Positions 9,072-16,859 of a DNA stretch of 64,000 bases are shown here, piece by piece (positions within the stretch are counted from its first letter, which is position 1; each line of letters opens with the position of its first letter). The notes beneath the pieces are model-generated. The model was not told the origin of the DNA. It ran no database searches and saw only the letters and a program-made list of their open reading frames with translations. A program made the position numbers and the translations under genes. Where the stretch lies: sequence record NC_049438.1; one strand, written 5' to 3'. The stretch is from Acinetobacter phage vB_ApiM_fHyAci03.

Positions 9072-10717
9072 TGCATACCATCAACTAATTTATTTGGACG
9101 ATATTTTTCACCGGTTTCTAAATCAATTAAGAGCCATTTATCAGGATTTTTGGTTGTCAATGTAGCGCTGACTAATCCTGTGTCATACGCTACTGAACCA
9201 TCCTGAAGACGTCGTCCCATGTGACTAAGTGTTTTCGATAACAAATACATGCCATAGTAGTATGCACTTACAGCTTTAAGTGGATTGTTTTTGAAATATC
9301 CCGCAAGCGCGATCCAAATAACAGCAACCCATAAATGATGATACTCATTAAATGGTTCTGCATCAACATTTGTCAAGCCTAATGGCTCAATATTCACAAT
9401 AGCTGAATCGCCATCAATCGATAATCCACCCCACATAGGATCCGCATTAAATTTATCATAACCAGTTAATGCATAAAATACTTTAGCTTCATCATAAATT
9501 CGTGGACCATAAATTTTTGTTTTGCCAAAGTATCCACGTGGATCAATCAAACGAACTTTGCCTTTATCATCTAACATCAAGTTACTAAAGTTCGGGTCGC
9601 CATGAATAACATAGTAATCTTTGTCAGAGGCTTCATACATTAAATGAGCGTATGCTTGTTCAAGCATAGTTTCTAAACGTCCAATTTTATGATGATTCAC
9701 ATATTGAATATCGCCAAATGATTGTATTAGCCCTTTAATTTCATTACAACGAGCTAAAACTTTATCAACGACTTCATAACGATAGTCTTCAGCGATTTGT
9801 TCACGTGATGTGAATTCATTCATTTTAGGGAACTTAAGTGTTTCAAGAATTTCTGTGAGCATTTCTGGTTTATATGCCTCAAACATTGGAACACCTTTAA
9901 TTCGTTCCATTTTAAAAGACATATATTCACCAAAATCACGTCGATCAATGATTTTTGGCACCGCATCACTTTCTACACTATCGTACCATGCAAGCTCTTC
10001 ACGTTGAAGTTCTCGCCCCTTTTCATTCAATGCAGTTTTATACACAACATCATTTGCTATTGTAATTGAATTAAATTCTCGATTTAATTCACGGTGACGA
10101 TGTGCGTGTTGGAGTTTTGGCTTATCACCAAGATCAATAAGATTAATCAATTCTTCTTGATACATATTTTTTGCATCAAGCAATTCTACAAAATCACGCC
10201 CTTTGAAGAATTCGTTCGCTTCATCTTTATCATCAAAGTTACTAATAAAGAAATCTTTAAATTGATAGATGCCGACAACATTACCACCAGTACCACCAGT
10301 TTCAGTTAATGTTTTGCCATCAAAATTATATCGACATTCATCACCAAATGTATAAACCGAATTGCTATTCCATGAGAATGCATCAAATTGTGGAATGACA
10401 TCACACCAATTGAATACTACATTATGCAGATTGATCAAATGAGAAATTCGAGAAATTGCATAAGCCGAGCCATAAGCTTCATCAACAGTTTCAACAATTA
10501 TGTCTAACTTGAAAATCTTTGCATACTCACGTACTTGTTCTGCAAATTTGCTATGTACAACCACAATAATTTCATCTGCACCTAATTTTTTGTAGATGCC
10601 ATGCAAATGATGTAGAATTGTATGCTGTTTGTAGTTCACCAAAACTTTAGGAATATGATGTGTGATAGGATACAAACGAGTAGCTAAGCCTGCACCTAAA
10701 ATAACCGCTTTTTTCAT
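9056..10717 (-). CDS. bifunctional sugar-1-phosphate nucleotidyltransferase / APH-type sugar kinase (553 aa)
   Basis: N-term GlmU/RmlA-like motif AVILGAGLATRLYP; C-term APH/ChoK-like catalytic loop HGDPNFSNLMLDDKGKVRLID. Confidence 0.65.
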   Translation of the reverse strand: MKKAVILGAGLATRLYPITHHIPKVLVNYKQHTILHHLHGIYKKLGADEIIVVVHSKFAEQVREYAKIFKLDIIVETVDEAYGSAYAISRISHLINLHNVVFNWCDVIPQFDAFSWNSNSVYTFGDECRYNFDGKTLTETGGTGGNVVGIYQFKDFFISNFDDKDEANEFFKGRDFVELLDAKNMYQEELINLIDLGDKPKLQHAHRHRELNREFNSITIANDVVYKTALNEKGRELQREELAWYDSVESDAVPKIIDRRDFGEYMSFKMERIKGVPMFEAYKPEMLTEILETLKFPKMNEFTSREQIAEDYRYEVVDKVLARCNEIKGLIQSFGDIQYVNHHKIGRLETMLEQAYAHLMYEASDKDYYVIHGDPNFSNLMLDDKGKVRLIDPRGYFGKTKIYGPRIYDEAKVFYALTGYDKFNADPMWGGLSIDGDSAIVNIEPLGLTNVDAEPFNEYHHLWVAVIWIALAGYFKNNPLKAVSAYYYGMYLLSKTLSHMGRRLQDGSVAYDTGLVSATLTTKNPDKWLLIDLETGEKYRPNKLVDGMHWEKL

Positions 10718-10784
10718 AATTAAAAATCCTAAAAGAGTTGTGATACGACTTATAATATCACAACTCTCAATTAAAGTACAATGC

Positions 10785-11414
10785 TTATTTAGATTCTGCT
10801 CTGAGCATAGCTCCTAATGAGCCACCAGGATGGTAAGAATAAAAGTCTTCGCGGGTGAATTGTAAATAATCTGAAAGTGTTACGCCGATAGTGTCAAGTA
10901 GCGTTAATAGAACCGTGGTGCTGGTAGTTGGTGCCAATTGATTGACATCACACTCTACAATATTCGGTACACCGAATTCCATATCAAATGGTGCTTTTTG
11001 CTCATCGGTTAAATTAGTATTACAGTGTAATAAGATTTGAGTCACATTAGGGCGGATTGTGCGAAGATGTTTTGCCATGTATTGCATTTCATCTGTTTTG
11101 CCGGAACGTGATACATGAATAACTACATCGTCATGCCCAATAAAACCTGCATCACCATGAGAGTAATGACATGTATTTAAGTACATAGACGGGATGCCAA
11201 GGCTCGCAAATGATTCTGATGCTTTAGTAGCCAAGTTTGAGTTTTTGCCGACGCCAGTAATCATAATACGCTGTCGATAATTTGATGCTGCCACAGGCTT
11301 CAAAATTTCAAGTAACTTTTCATATTTCACTTGATTTTCTGCAATAAAATCGCCTAGTATTTTAAGCGCCTGTTGTTGAGCCGCTACTACATCTAATGCT
11401 AATTTGATACTCAT
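10785..11414 (-). CDS. SIS-domain sugar-phosphate isomerase, KdsD-like arabinose-5-phosphate isomerase (no CBS domains)
   Basis: 209 aa; GVGKNSNLATKASESFASLGIPS...HGDAG...DVVIHVSRSGKTDE matches KdsD-type SIS signature better than GmhA. Confidence 0.7.
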   Translation of the reverse strand: MSIKLALDVVAAQQQALKILGDFIAENQVKYEKLLEILKPVAASNYRQRIMITGVGKNSNLATKASESFASLGIPSMYLNTCHYSHGDAGFIGHDDVVIHVSRSGKTDEMQYMAKHLRTIRPNVTQILLHCNTNLTDEQKAPFDMEFGVPNIVECDVNQLAPTTSTTVLLTLLDTIGVTLSDYLQFTREDFYSYHPGGSLGAMLRAESK

Positions 11415-11449
11415 AATGTTTACCTCTAAATTATGGAACTATTATATCA

Positions 11450-11773
11450 TCAATCTTTCAAAATTGATCTGCTTATAGAAAAGTGAATTTTGGCTGGCTC
11501 ATAATGACGCCCTTGTTCAAATTCTTTAGTGAAACGAACCGAGAGTTGAGTTTTGTTCATTCGAACAAAATTTGTATCGATGTACTCAAACAACTCTTTT
11601 ATTGCACCTGCGCTTTTTTCGCCGTTGAAGTATACGTGAGTCCACATCTCATTATCAGGCGAGCTGATAATTCGATCTTTAAGAATGTGCTCGGCTTCAG
11701 TTACAATAGCCTCAGCTTCTGCATGGTTGATGAAACGTGGAGTCTCGCTCAATAATTTTTTAAAGTTAATCAT
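11450..11773 (-). CDS. hypothetical protein (107 aa)
   Basis: ORF track. Confidence 0.5.
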   Translation of the reverse strand: MINFKKLLSETPRFINHAEAEAIVTEAEHILKDRIISSPDNEMWTHVYFNGEKSAGAIKELFEYIDTNFVRMNKTQLSVRFTKEFEQGRHYEPAKIHFSISRSILKD

Positions 11774-12315
11774 TAGTATAAATTCTCTGAATATAATGTT
11801 CCGCCATTAGATTTGTCTCCGCCTACACGTCTAACAATTTGTTTTTGCTCGACTGCAATATGCCATGCTTCTTGGCGATCAACAAATCTAAAGTGATTTG
11901 TCACGAAGCCTTGAATTTGCTCTGGCATTTCATAAGTTCTATCGCCGAGACGATCAAGTATTTGCCATGCCAATTCGTCGAAGTGTCTGACACTTGGAAT
12001 AACAAGGTCACCAAATTTTGTTGCAGCACATACAATGCGTTCAGGCACATTTACTTCATTGCCATTAGGCAACTCATCAACATCATAATGCTCTAAACGT
12101 CTGCACTTCTCTTGCCATGCCAGATTAGCATGTGCTAAATGATTAATCTCAAACTCGTGAGCCTGTTTAAGTTTTGAAATTTCATCTTCTTTAGTAGGCA
12201 AAGAGTTGTCCACTAAATAGGTACTTTGACGTGCCATGTCCGGTTCCCAAGTATATTTACCTGCAGTGTTTAATTCTGAAAGATCTGTACCATTATCAAT
12301 CATATCATTCACCAA
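11773..12315 (-). CDS. hypothetical protein (180 aa)
   Basis: ORF track. Confidence 0.55.
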   Translation of the reverse strand: MVNDMIDNGTDLSELNTAGKYTWEPDMARQSTYLVDNSLPTKEDEISKLKQAHEFEINHLAHANLAWQEKCRRLEHYDVDELPNGNEVNVPERIVCAATKFGDLVIPSVRHFDELAWQILDRLGDRTYEMPEQIQGFVTNHFRFVDRQEAWHIAVEQKQIVRRVGGDKSNGGTLYSENLY

Positions 12316-12655
12316 TACATTGCTTTAAACGCTTTTGGTAGTTTGAAGACTTAAGATAACCAAATTCAATCAAGGTTTGCTCGATTGCCATTTGACGACA
12401 AGTGTGAATTACAAAAGTTGCTGCATCCATTTGTGGCTTATTACGAAGTTTCTCCAGTACAGGACGCTCACGTTCTACTGCATCATCAATATGTGTCTGA
12501 AGCATCCTGCGATGATTTTGCATATCTTCTTCTAAATCAATTCGACGTTGTTGATCAGCTAAACATCGTTTGTCCCATCCTTTGCACATTTGTATATCTT
12601 CAGCAAAAGATAAACTTGGAATAGCTAATGCTAGTGCAATCAATACAAATTTCAT
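12305..12655 (-). CDS. secreted/periplasmic hypothetical protein (116 aa)
   Basis: N-terminal signal peptide MKFVLIALALAIPSLSFA. Confidence 0.5.
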   Translation of the reverse strand: MKFVLIALALAIPSLSFAEDIQMCKGWDKRCLADQQRRIDLEEDMQNHRRMLQTHIDDAVERERPVLEKLRNKPQMDAATFVIHTCRQMAIEQTLIEFGYLKSSNYQKRLKQCIGE

Positions 12656-12948
12656 TACATTGCTCCCAATAAGCTTGCGATAATTGCAAGGTCACCGACA
12701 CCTGCTATAGCAACAATTAGTAATAAGACTAATGCAAATGCGATAGATTTTAAAGCATTCATCACACCGATCGATATTGCAGCTATGATAAATGCAATGA
12801 ATGTTGTTACGCCCATTGTAACGAAGCCAAGTAAGTTTAGAATAACCACAAGGACTGTAATCGCAGTAGAACTCTTATAGAATACTACCATTGCAATAGG
12901 AAATATTGACAAAAATAACGCTACGATACTTCCAAATAAGAGACTCAT
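12655..12948 (-). CDS. small polytopic membrane protein, Imm-like position
   Basis: 97 aa, almost entirely hydrophobic; located between 43 and 42 like T4 imm. Confidence 0.45.
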   Translation of the reverse strand: MSLLFGSIVALFLSIFPIAMVVFYKSSTAITVLVVILNLLGFVTMGVTTFIAFIIAAISIGVMNALKSIAFALVLLLIVAIAGVGDLAIIASLLGAM

Positions 12949-13256
12949 GAGGCGTCTCCTTTAAGTAAAATTAACTCGGTTGTAGTATAGTTAAGTTGAT
13001 CGATAGTGATACAAGTATCTTCCCAACGTTTAACAACATCTTGAACTTCAGCAATGACTTCGTAGTCAGATCCTGGATAGTTGTCCCAATCTTCTGCACG
13101 TCGAATCGGTTCATCACTAAATGCAGTAATAGTTCCATCTTTGTCGACTGCTACATGAGCAGCCCATTCTGGCAAGTATACTGTTACGGGACCAGATTTT
13201 TCAGAACCTGAGATTAGTGTAACATTTAACGCATGCGGATAGTAAGTAATTTTCAT
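12945..13256 (-). CDS. hypothetical protein (103 aa)
   Basis: ORF track, coupled to upstream ORF. Confidence 0.5.
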   Translation of the reverse strand: MKITYYPHALNVTLISGSEKSGPVTVYLPEWAAHVAVDKDGTITAFSDEPIRRAEDWDNYPGSDYEVIAEVQDVVKRWEDTCITIDQLNYTTTELILLKGDAS

Positions 13257-13344
13257 GACGATTTCCTCATTAGGAATAATTATTTGATAGAGTTATTATA
13301 CTAACAAAAATAGCGAAAGTAAAACAAAACTTTCGCTATTTTAA

Positions 13345-13647
13345 TCATTTGCCGTAACGATTTACGAAATGTTCTACCATGTTGTCTGCAATAGTCGCAG
13401 CTGATGAAGAAACTCCATCGCATCCACGAAGGACACCGCTATTTGGCAGATATGCCAATGCACAAGCCTTCCAGAATTCACGTTTCTCTAATTCTGTGAT
13501 TGCAGGAGTAGGTGTACTAAAAAGCTGGTATTCACGAGCTTCATCCACCGATACAGTAGTTCTACATTTAGTACAACGAACTTTAGGTGGACTACTTAGC
13601 AATACTGCGTCGAAATTAAATTCATGATTGCATAATAAACTGTTCAT
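13345..13647 (-). CDS. hypothetical Cys-rich protein (100 aa)
   Basis: ORF track; CxxC pairs (CTKCRT). Confidence 0.45.
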   Translation of the reverse strand: MNSLLCNHEFNFDAVLLSSPPKVRCTKCRTTVSVDEAREYQLFSTPTPAITELEKREFWKACALAYLPNSGVLRGCDGVSSSAATIADNMVEHFVNRYGK

Positions 13648-13680
13648 AACTTACCTCTAGAGGGCATAGAGCCCTCGTTT

Positions 13681-14853
13681 TTAAAAGTCAAATAAATCTT
13701 CTAATGAAGAACGTTTTTCTGCTTGCATACCTGCAGATTCACACATACCTTCCAAAGGTTTCTTATATGTTTTTGTAAACAATGACATAACGTCAATATG
13801 TTTTAAAACATCTTCACGAATTTCTTTTGGAAGTTCGTTACCTGATGGCCATGCAATAACTTTGTCGCCGAATGGATTTCCAGGTTTCAAAGGCAAGATC
13901 ATAACTTTATCACCTTCACTAATATCCGGTAAGTTATCGAATGCCTTAATTGCACGTCGATACGTCAAAACACCACGAATATGACTAGGACATTTCAATC
14001 CAGGGAAGCCATTATCATCATATTTTGCAATGTTATTTGCAGTTCTTACACCTGCAATAACTTTGTAATCAAGATTTCTAAATTCATTTTCAAATTTCTT
14101 GAAATAGTCTTGAAGTGGCTTTTCACCTTCTTGGAGCATAATACGAATACTTTCTAACAATGCATCTTTGACCGCTTTAGGTGTAGATGATTGTTGAGTT
14201 TCCATGCCCATGATTTTCAAGTATGGCTCTTTAAAACGAGTACCTTCCATGTCATACACATTTAATGCATAACGTTTCTTAGCTCGCCAGAATCCACCAA
14301 TACCGTTTGAACCGAGTGGTGGACATGCAATTGCTTCGCGATCCATGAACATTAATTGCTCATAGTTGTTAAGATATTCGCACAGTTCTTGGAAGCCTGC
14401 ATTAATAACTGGTTCGATTTTCTTTGAACCTACTGCATCTAAGAAGTCAACTAATTTTTCAGTTGATGCAAATTTTTCAATGCCAACTTTATCAATGAGT
14501 GGACTCAATTCAATATACAATGAATCTGTATCACCATAAATTACATACGGATGATTAGTTGTTCCACACATTTCATTAAGGTATGCATTAATTTTTCGTT
14601 CTGTCCATTGAAGGACCAATTGTCCGAAAATAGTAATCGCTTCTGCATTACGAAGATCGTAAAATCTAAAGTAGATATTGCCGAGTGCACCATATAATGA
14701 ATTAATCAATAATTTTCGATTAATTTGATTCGTATCACACAAAACAATATAGTTTTCACATTCATGCTCAAGTTCAAGCAATTCTTCTTGTGAAAGTGTT
14801 TTGAGATATTCGATTTCGGATTCAGTTAAGTCACGACTAAAATCTAATTTCAT
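13681..14853 (-). CDS. 43: DNA polymerase gp43 C-terminal subunit (43B: palm motifs B and C, thumb)
   Basis: 390 aa; KLLINSLYGALG (motif B), YGDTDS (motif C), colinear with T4 gp43 residues ~520-898; own GGAG SD + ATG. Confidence 0.9.
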   Translation of the reverse strand: MKLDFSRDLTESEIEYLKTLSQEELLELEHECENYIVLCDTNQINRKLLINSLYGALGNIYFRFYDLRNAEAITIFGQLVLQWTERKINAYLNEMCGTTNHPYVIYGDTDSLYIELSPLIDKVGIEKFASTEKLVDFLDAVGSKKIEPVINAGFQELCEYLNNYEQLMFMDREAIACPPLGSNGIGGFWRAKKRYALNVYDMEGTRFKEPYLKIMGMETQQSSTPKAVKDALLESIRIMLQEGEKPLQDYFKKFENEFRNLDYKVIAGVRTANNIAKYDDNGFPGLKCPSHIRGVLTYRRAIKAFDNLPDISEGDKVMILPLKPGNPFGDKVIAWPSGNELPKEIREDVLKHIDVMSLFTKTYKKPLEGMCESAGMQAEKRSSLEDLFDF

Positions 14854-14874
14854 ATAAACTCCAAATTGATGGGA

Positions 14875-15040
14875 TTATTCTATAACATCATAATCAACTG
14901 ACACTATAGCTTTAATTGTTAGTTCCTTTGAACAGGATTCGCAATTGACTTTGAATTCTTCATCGGCATGTCTCCAATGCTCAAAGTAATCGGACGTGTC
15001 AAGTTCAGAATTGCAGTGTGGGCAGTATATTTCAAACATT
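14875..15040 (-). CDS. small zinc-ribbon protein (55 aa), not in ORF track
   Basis: Hand translation MFEIYCPHCNSELDTSDYFEHWRHADEEFKVNCESCSKELTIKAIVSVDYDVIE; GAGG SD 8 nt upstream; two CxxC pairs. Confidence 0.4.
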
Positions 15041-15149
15041 TCTATGCCTCAAAAGGGATATGACAATTATATCATATCCCTTATCAAAAGCTTAACTATA
15101 ATTCAGATTGTATAATGTAATACGAATCACTTTAGGCGTACGTTTATAT

Positions 15150-15368
15150 TCAAAACATCGCATTGATAACTTCGGCGCCGGCAATTACAGGATTTTTAAA
15201 CATGATACAACCTGTAACAAATCCGGCTAAAAACAACACAGGAATACAGATTAATAGGGCTACAAAAACTCGATACCACAAGCTAACGTATTCACCAATT
15301 GATTCACAATTTTCATTTGCTACTTTAATTTGTTCGAAGATATTCATAGGCCTAACTCCCACAGGCAT
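15150..15368 (-). CDS. small membrane protein (72 aa)
   Basis: ORF track; hydrophobic core VFVALLICIPVLFLAGFVTGCIMF. Confidence 0.35.
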   Translation of the reverse strand: MPVGVRPMNIFEQIKVANENCESIGEYVSLWYRVFVALLICIPVLFLAGFVTGCIMFKNPVIAGAEVINAMF

Positions 15369-15661
15369 TGGTTTAATAACTGATTGATTGAACGTTCGTT
15401 ATGTATAGATTCATTAAGAAGCTGTGCTATAACACGATAATCTGTTTCACTATTGCATCGAGCGTTAAGAATTGTTTGTGCATTTGTGCGACACATATCA
15501 AACGTTTTGAAGAAACTGTCATAACGAGGCAAACGAATTGCATTTAACACATTAGGTTTCCAAACAACATTGAACTTGCCATTGACTTCATCAATAAAGA
15601 ACAACATAGTTTCAATAGATTGAGTATATGTGTACTCTTCGGGCGATGTATAAACTCTCAT
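15344..15661 (-). CDS. hypothetical protein (105 aa) inside gene-43 split
   Basis: ORF track; 4-nt overlap with upstream ORF. Confidence 0.5.
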   Translation of the reverse strand: MRVYTSPEEYTYTQSIETMLFFIDEVNGKFNVVWKPNVLNAIRLPRYDSFFKTFDMCRTNAQTILNARCNSETDYRVIAQLLNESIHNERSINQLLNQCLWELGL

Positions 15662-16002
15662 CGACTTACCTCTGCATCAAAATCTACAAATTTAGCTCTA
15701 CATTCATGATAGACACTATGCATTAAATCTAACACTCCATAATTGAATTGAGAATTTTCTGATTTCCCAAGCAGAGCTCGGGAGCGTGCCGCTATTTCTG
15801 AATTTATAAATTCTAGAACTTCTTTACCTTGTGGATATCGTAACATCTTAGGCACGAATTGTGCGTCAATAGTAATATTACATCTGCCTCTTAACACAGT
15901 AGCTATAAATGGATAATATTCTATCCAATGCTCGCCTGTCGAGCTTGATATTACTCTATTTTGTCCATACATAATAACCTCGTAATATATCAAATTAATC
16001 AA
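15658..16002 (-). CDS. hypothetical protein (114 aa; alternative start at 15972 with GAGG SD)
   Basis: ORF track; preceded by conserved promoter/leader repeat and GC hairpin. Confidence 0.5.
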   Translation of the reverse strand: MINLIYYEVIMYGQNRVISSSTGEHWIEYYPFIATVLRGRCNITIDAQFVPKMLRYPQGKEVLEFINSEIAARSRALLGKSENSQFNYGVLDLMHSVYHECRAKFVDFDAEVSR

Positions 16003-16016
16003 ATCATCTAATTTCG

Positions 16017-16119
16017 GCGCACAGCGCCGGCTGCGCAGCAGCTATTCTGTACCGAACGGCAGATATAATTAGAGCGGTGAACCGGTAGAACCATTATAAC
16101 ATCAAAATTTTGCAAAGCA
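16017..16119 (-). repeat. copy A of ~58-bp conserved promoter/leader block + GC-rich palindrome (GCGCACAGC-GCCG-GCTGCGCAGC)
   Basis: 16061-16118 is reverse-complement-identical to 47922-47979 apart from 1 nt; followed by TTCGGT and GCTGCGCAGC-type hairpin. Confidence 0.7.
16093..16119 (-). promoter_or_regulatory. middle-promoter-like element (TGCTTTG + TATAAT) upstream of ORF 15658..16002
   Basis: Minus-strand TGCTTTG (16113-16119) and TATAAT (16093-16098); identical to the 47921 copy over 53 nt. Confidence 0.45.
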
Positions 16120-16167
16120 CTCGTGTGCTTTACGAATATAGATCATTTTATGAACACTCAAACCAAA

Positions 16168-16395
16168 TCATAACAATTCTTGGATTCTTCTAGATTTATA
16201 CTGCATAAGTTCGGTACGTGTCATTCCTGAAGTGTCCTGTTCACACTGCGCGTTAACTGTTTTAATCATAATGAGGGTATTATGATTTATATTATCTATA
16301 GGAAGTTGTCGGCAGTGTGTGTCTGACATAACTATTCTGCATGGATATTGCTTTGCGATATCTCTAATACTTTCATAATATTGCTTAAGTGACAT
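16168..16395 (-). CDS. hypothetical protein (75 aa)
   Basis: ORF track. Confidence 0.45.
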   Translation of the reverse strand: MSLKQYYESIRDIAKQYPCRIVMSDTHCRQLPIDNINHNTLIMIKTVNAQCEQDTSGMTRTELMQYKSRRIQELL

Positions 16396-16466
16396 ATCAA
16401 ATCTCCATAGATTTTAGAATAATTATATCATAATCAAAAAGCAAAGTAAATATTTTAGACAAAAAT

Positions 16467-16488
16467 AAAGGACCCATTTGGGTCCTTT
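16467..16488 (-). terminator. rho-independent terminator (bidirectional)
   Basis: AAAGGACCC-ATTT-GGGTCCTTT perfect 9-bp stem. Confidence 0.6.
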
Positions 16489-16501
16489 AGATAAAATGAA
16501 A

Positions 16502-16858
16502 TTATACAACGCTATACATTGTAACCGCAATAGGTAGAATTTCATTTGTCAATGTATTAAGGCTACCTTCAGTGATAGGAGTTCCTTGGAAACGATGAAC
16601 GATACGTTCAATTTCAACAACTTTTCGTTTATTAGTTTCTCGATCACGTGGATCAATTACCAATTTGATATTATCATCTTTAAATTCCAGTGCAAGGATC
16701 CCGAGAGTAATTTTTGCATCTAACGAGCGTGTAGAACGAGTATCAATTACTGGAGCTGCTGTGTTAAATTGTAATTTAGATTGCTGGATCATAATATCTC
16801 TACGTACTTTGTAAGTTGATAGGATTATTATATCAATAACCCTATCACATGTAAACAA
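16502..16858 (-). CDS. hypothetical protein (118 aa, TTG start abutting 43A stop; real start possibly internal Met)
   Basis: ORF track only; no SD at TTG. Confidence 0.3.
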   Translation of the reverse strand: MFTCDRVIDIIILSTYKVRRDIMIQQSKLQFNTAAPVIDTRSTRSLDAKITLGILALEFKDDNIKLVIDPRDRETNKRKVVEIERIVHRFQGTPITEGSLNTLTNEILPIAVTMYSVV

Positions 16859-16859
16859 A

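Noticed and set aside
14854-16859. Intein or group-I intron explanation for the gene-43 interruption
   Set aside because: 43A ends in an in-frame stop and 43B has its own SD and ATG, so there is no continuous reading frame. The spacer is packed with same-strand small ORFs and shows no obvious P1-P9 intron organisation. A split gene is more parsimonious, although splicing cannot be excluded from sequence alone.
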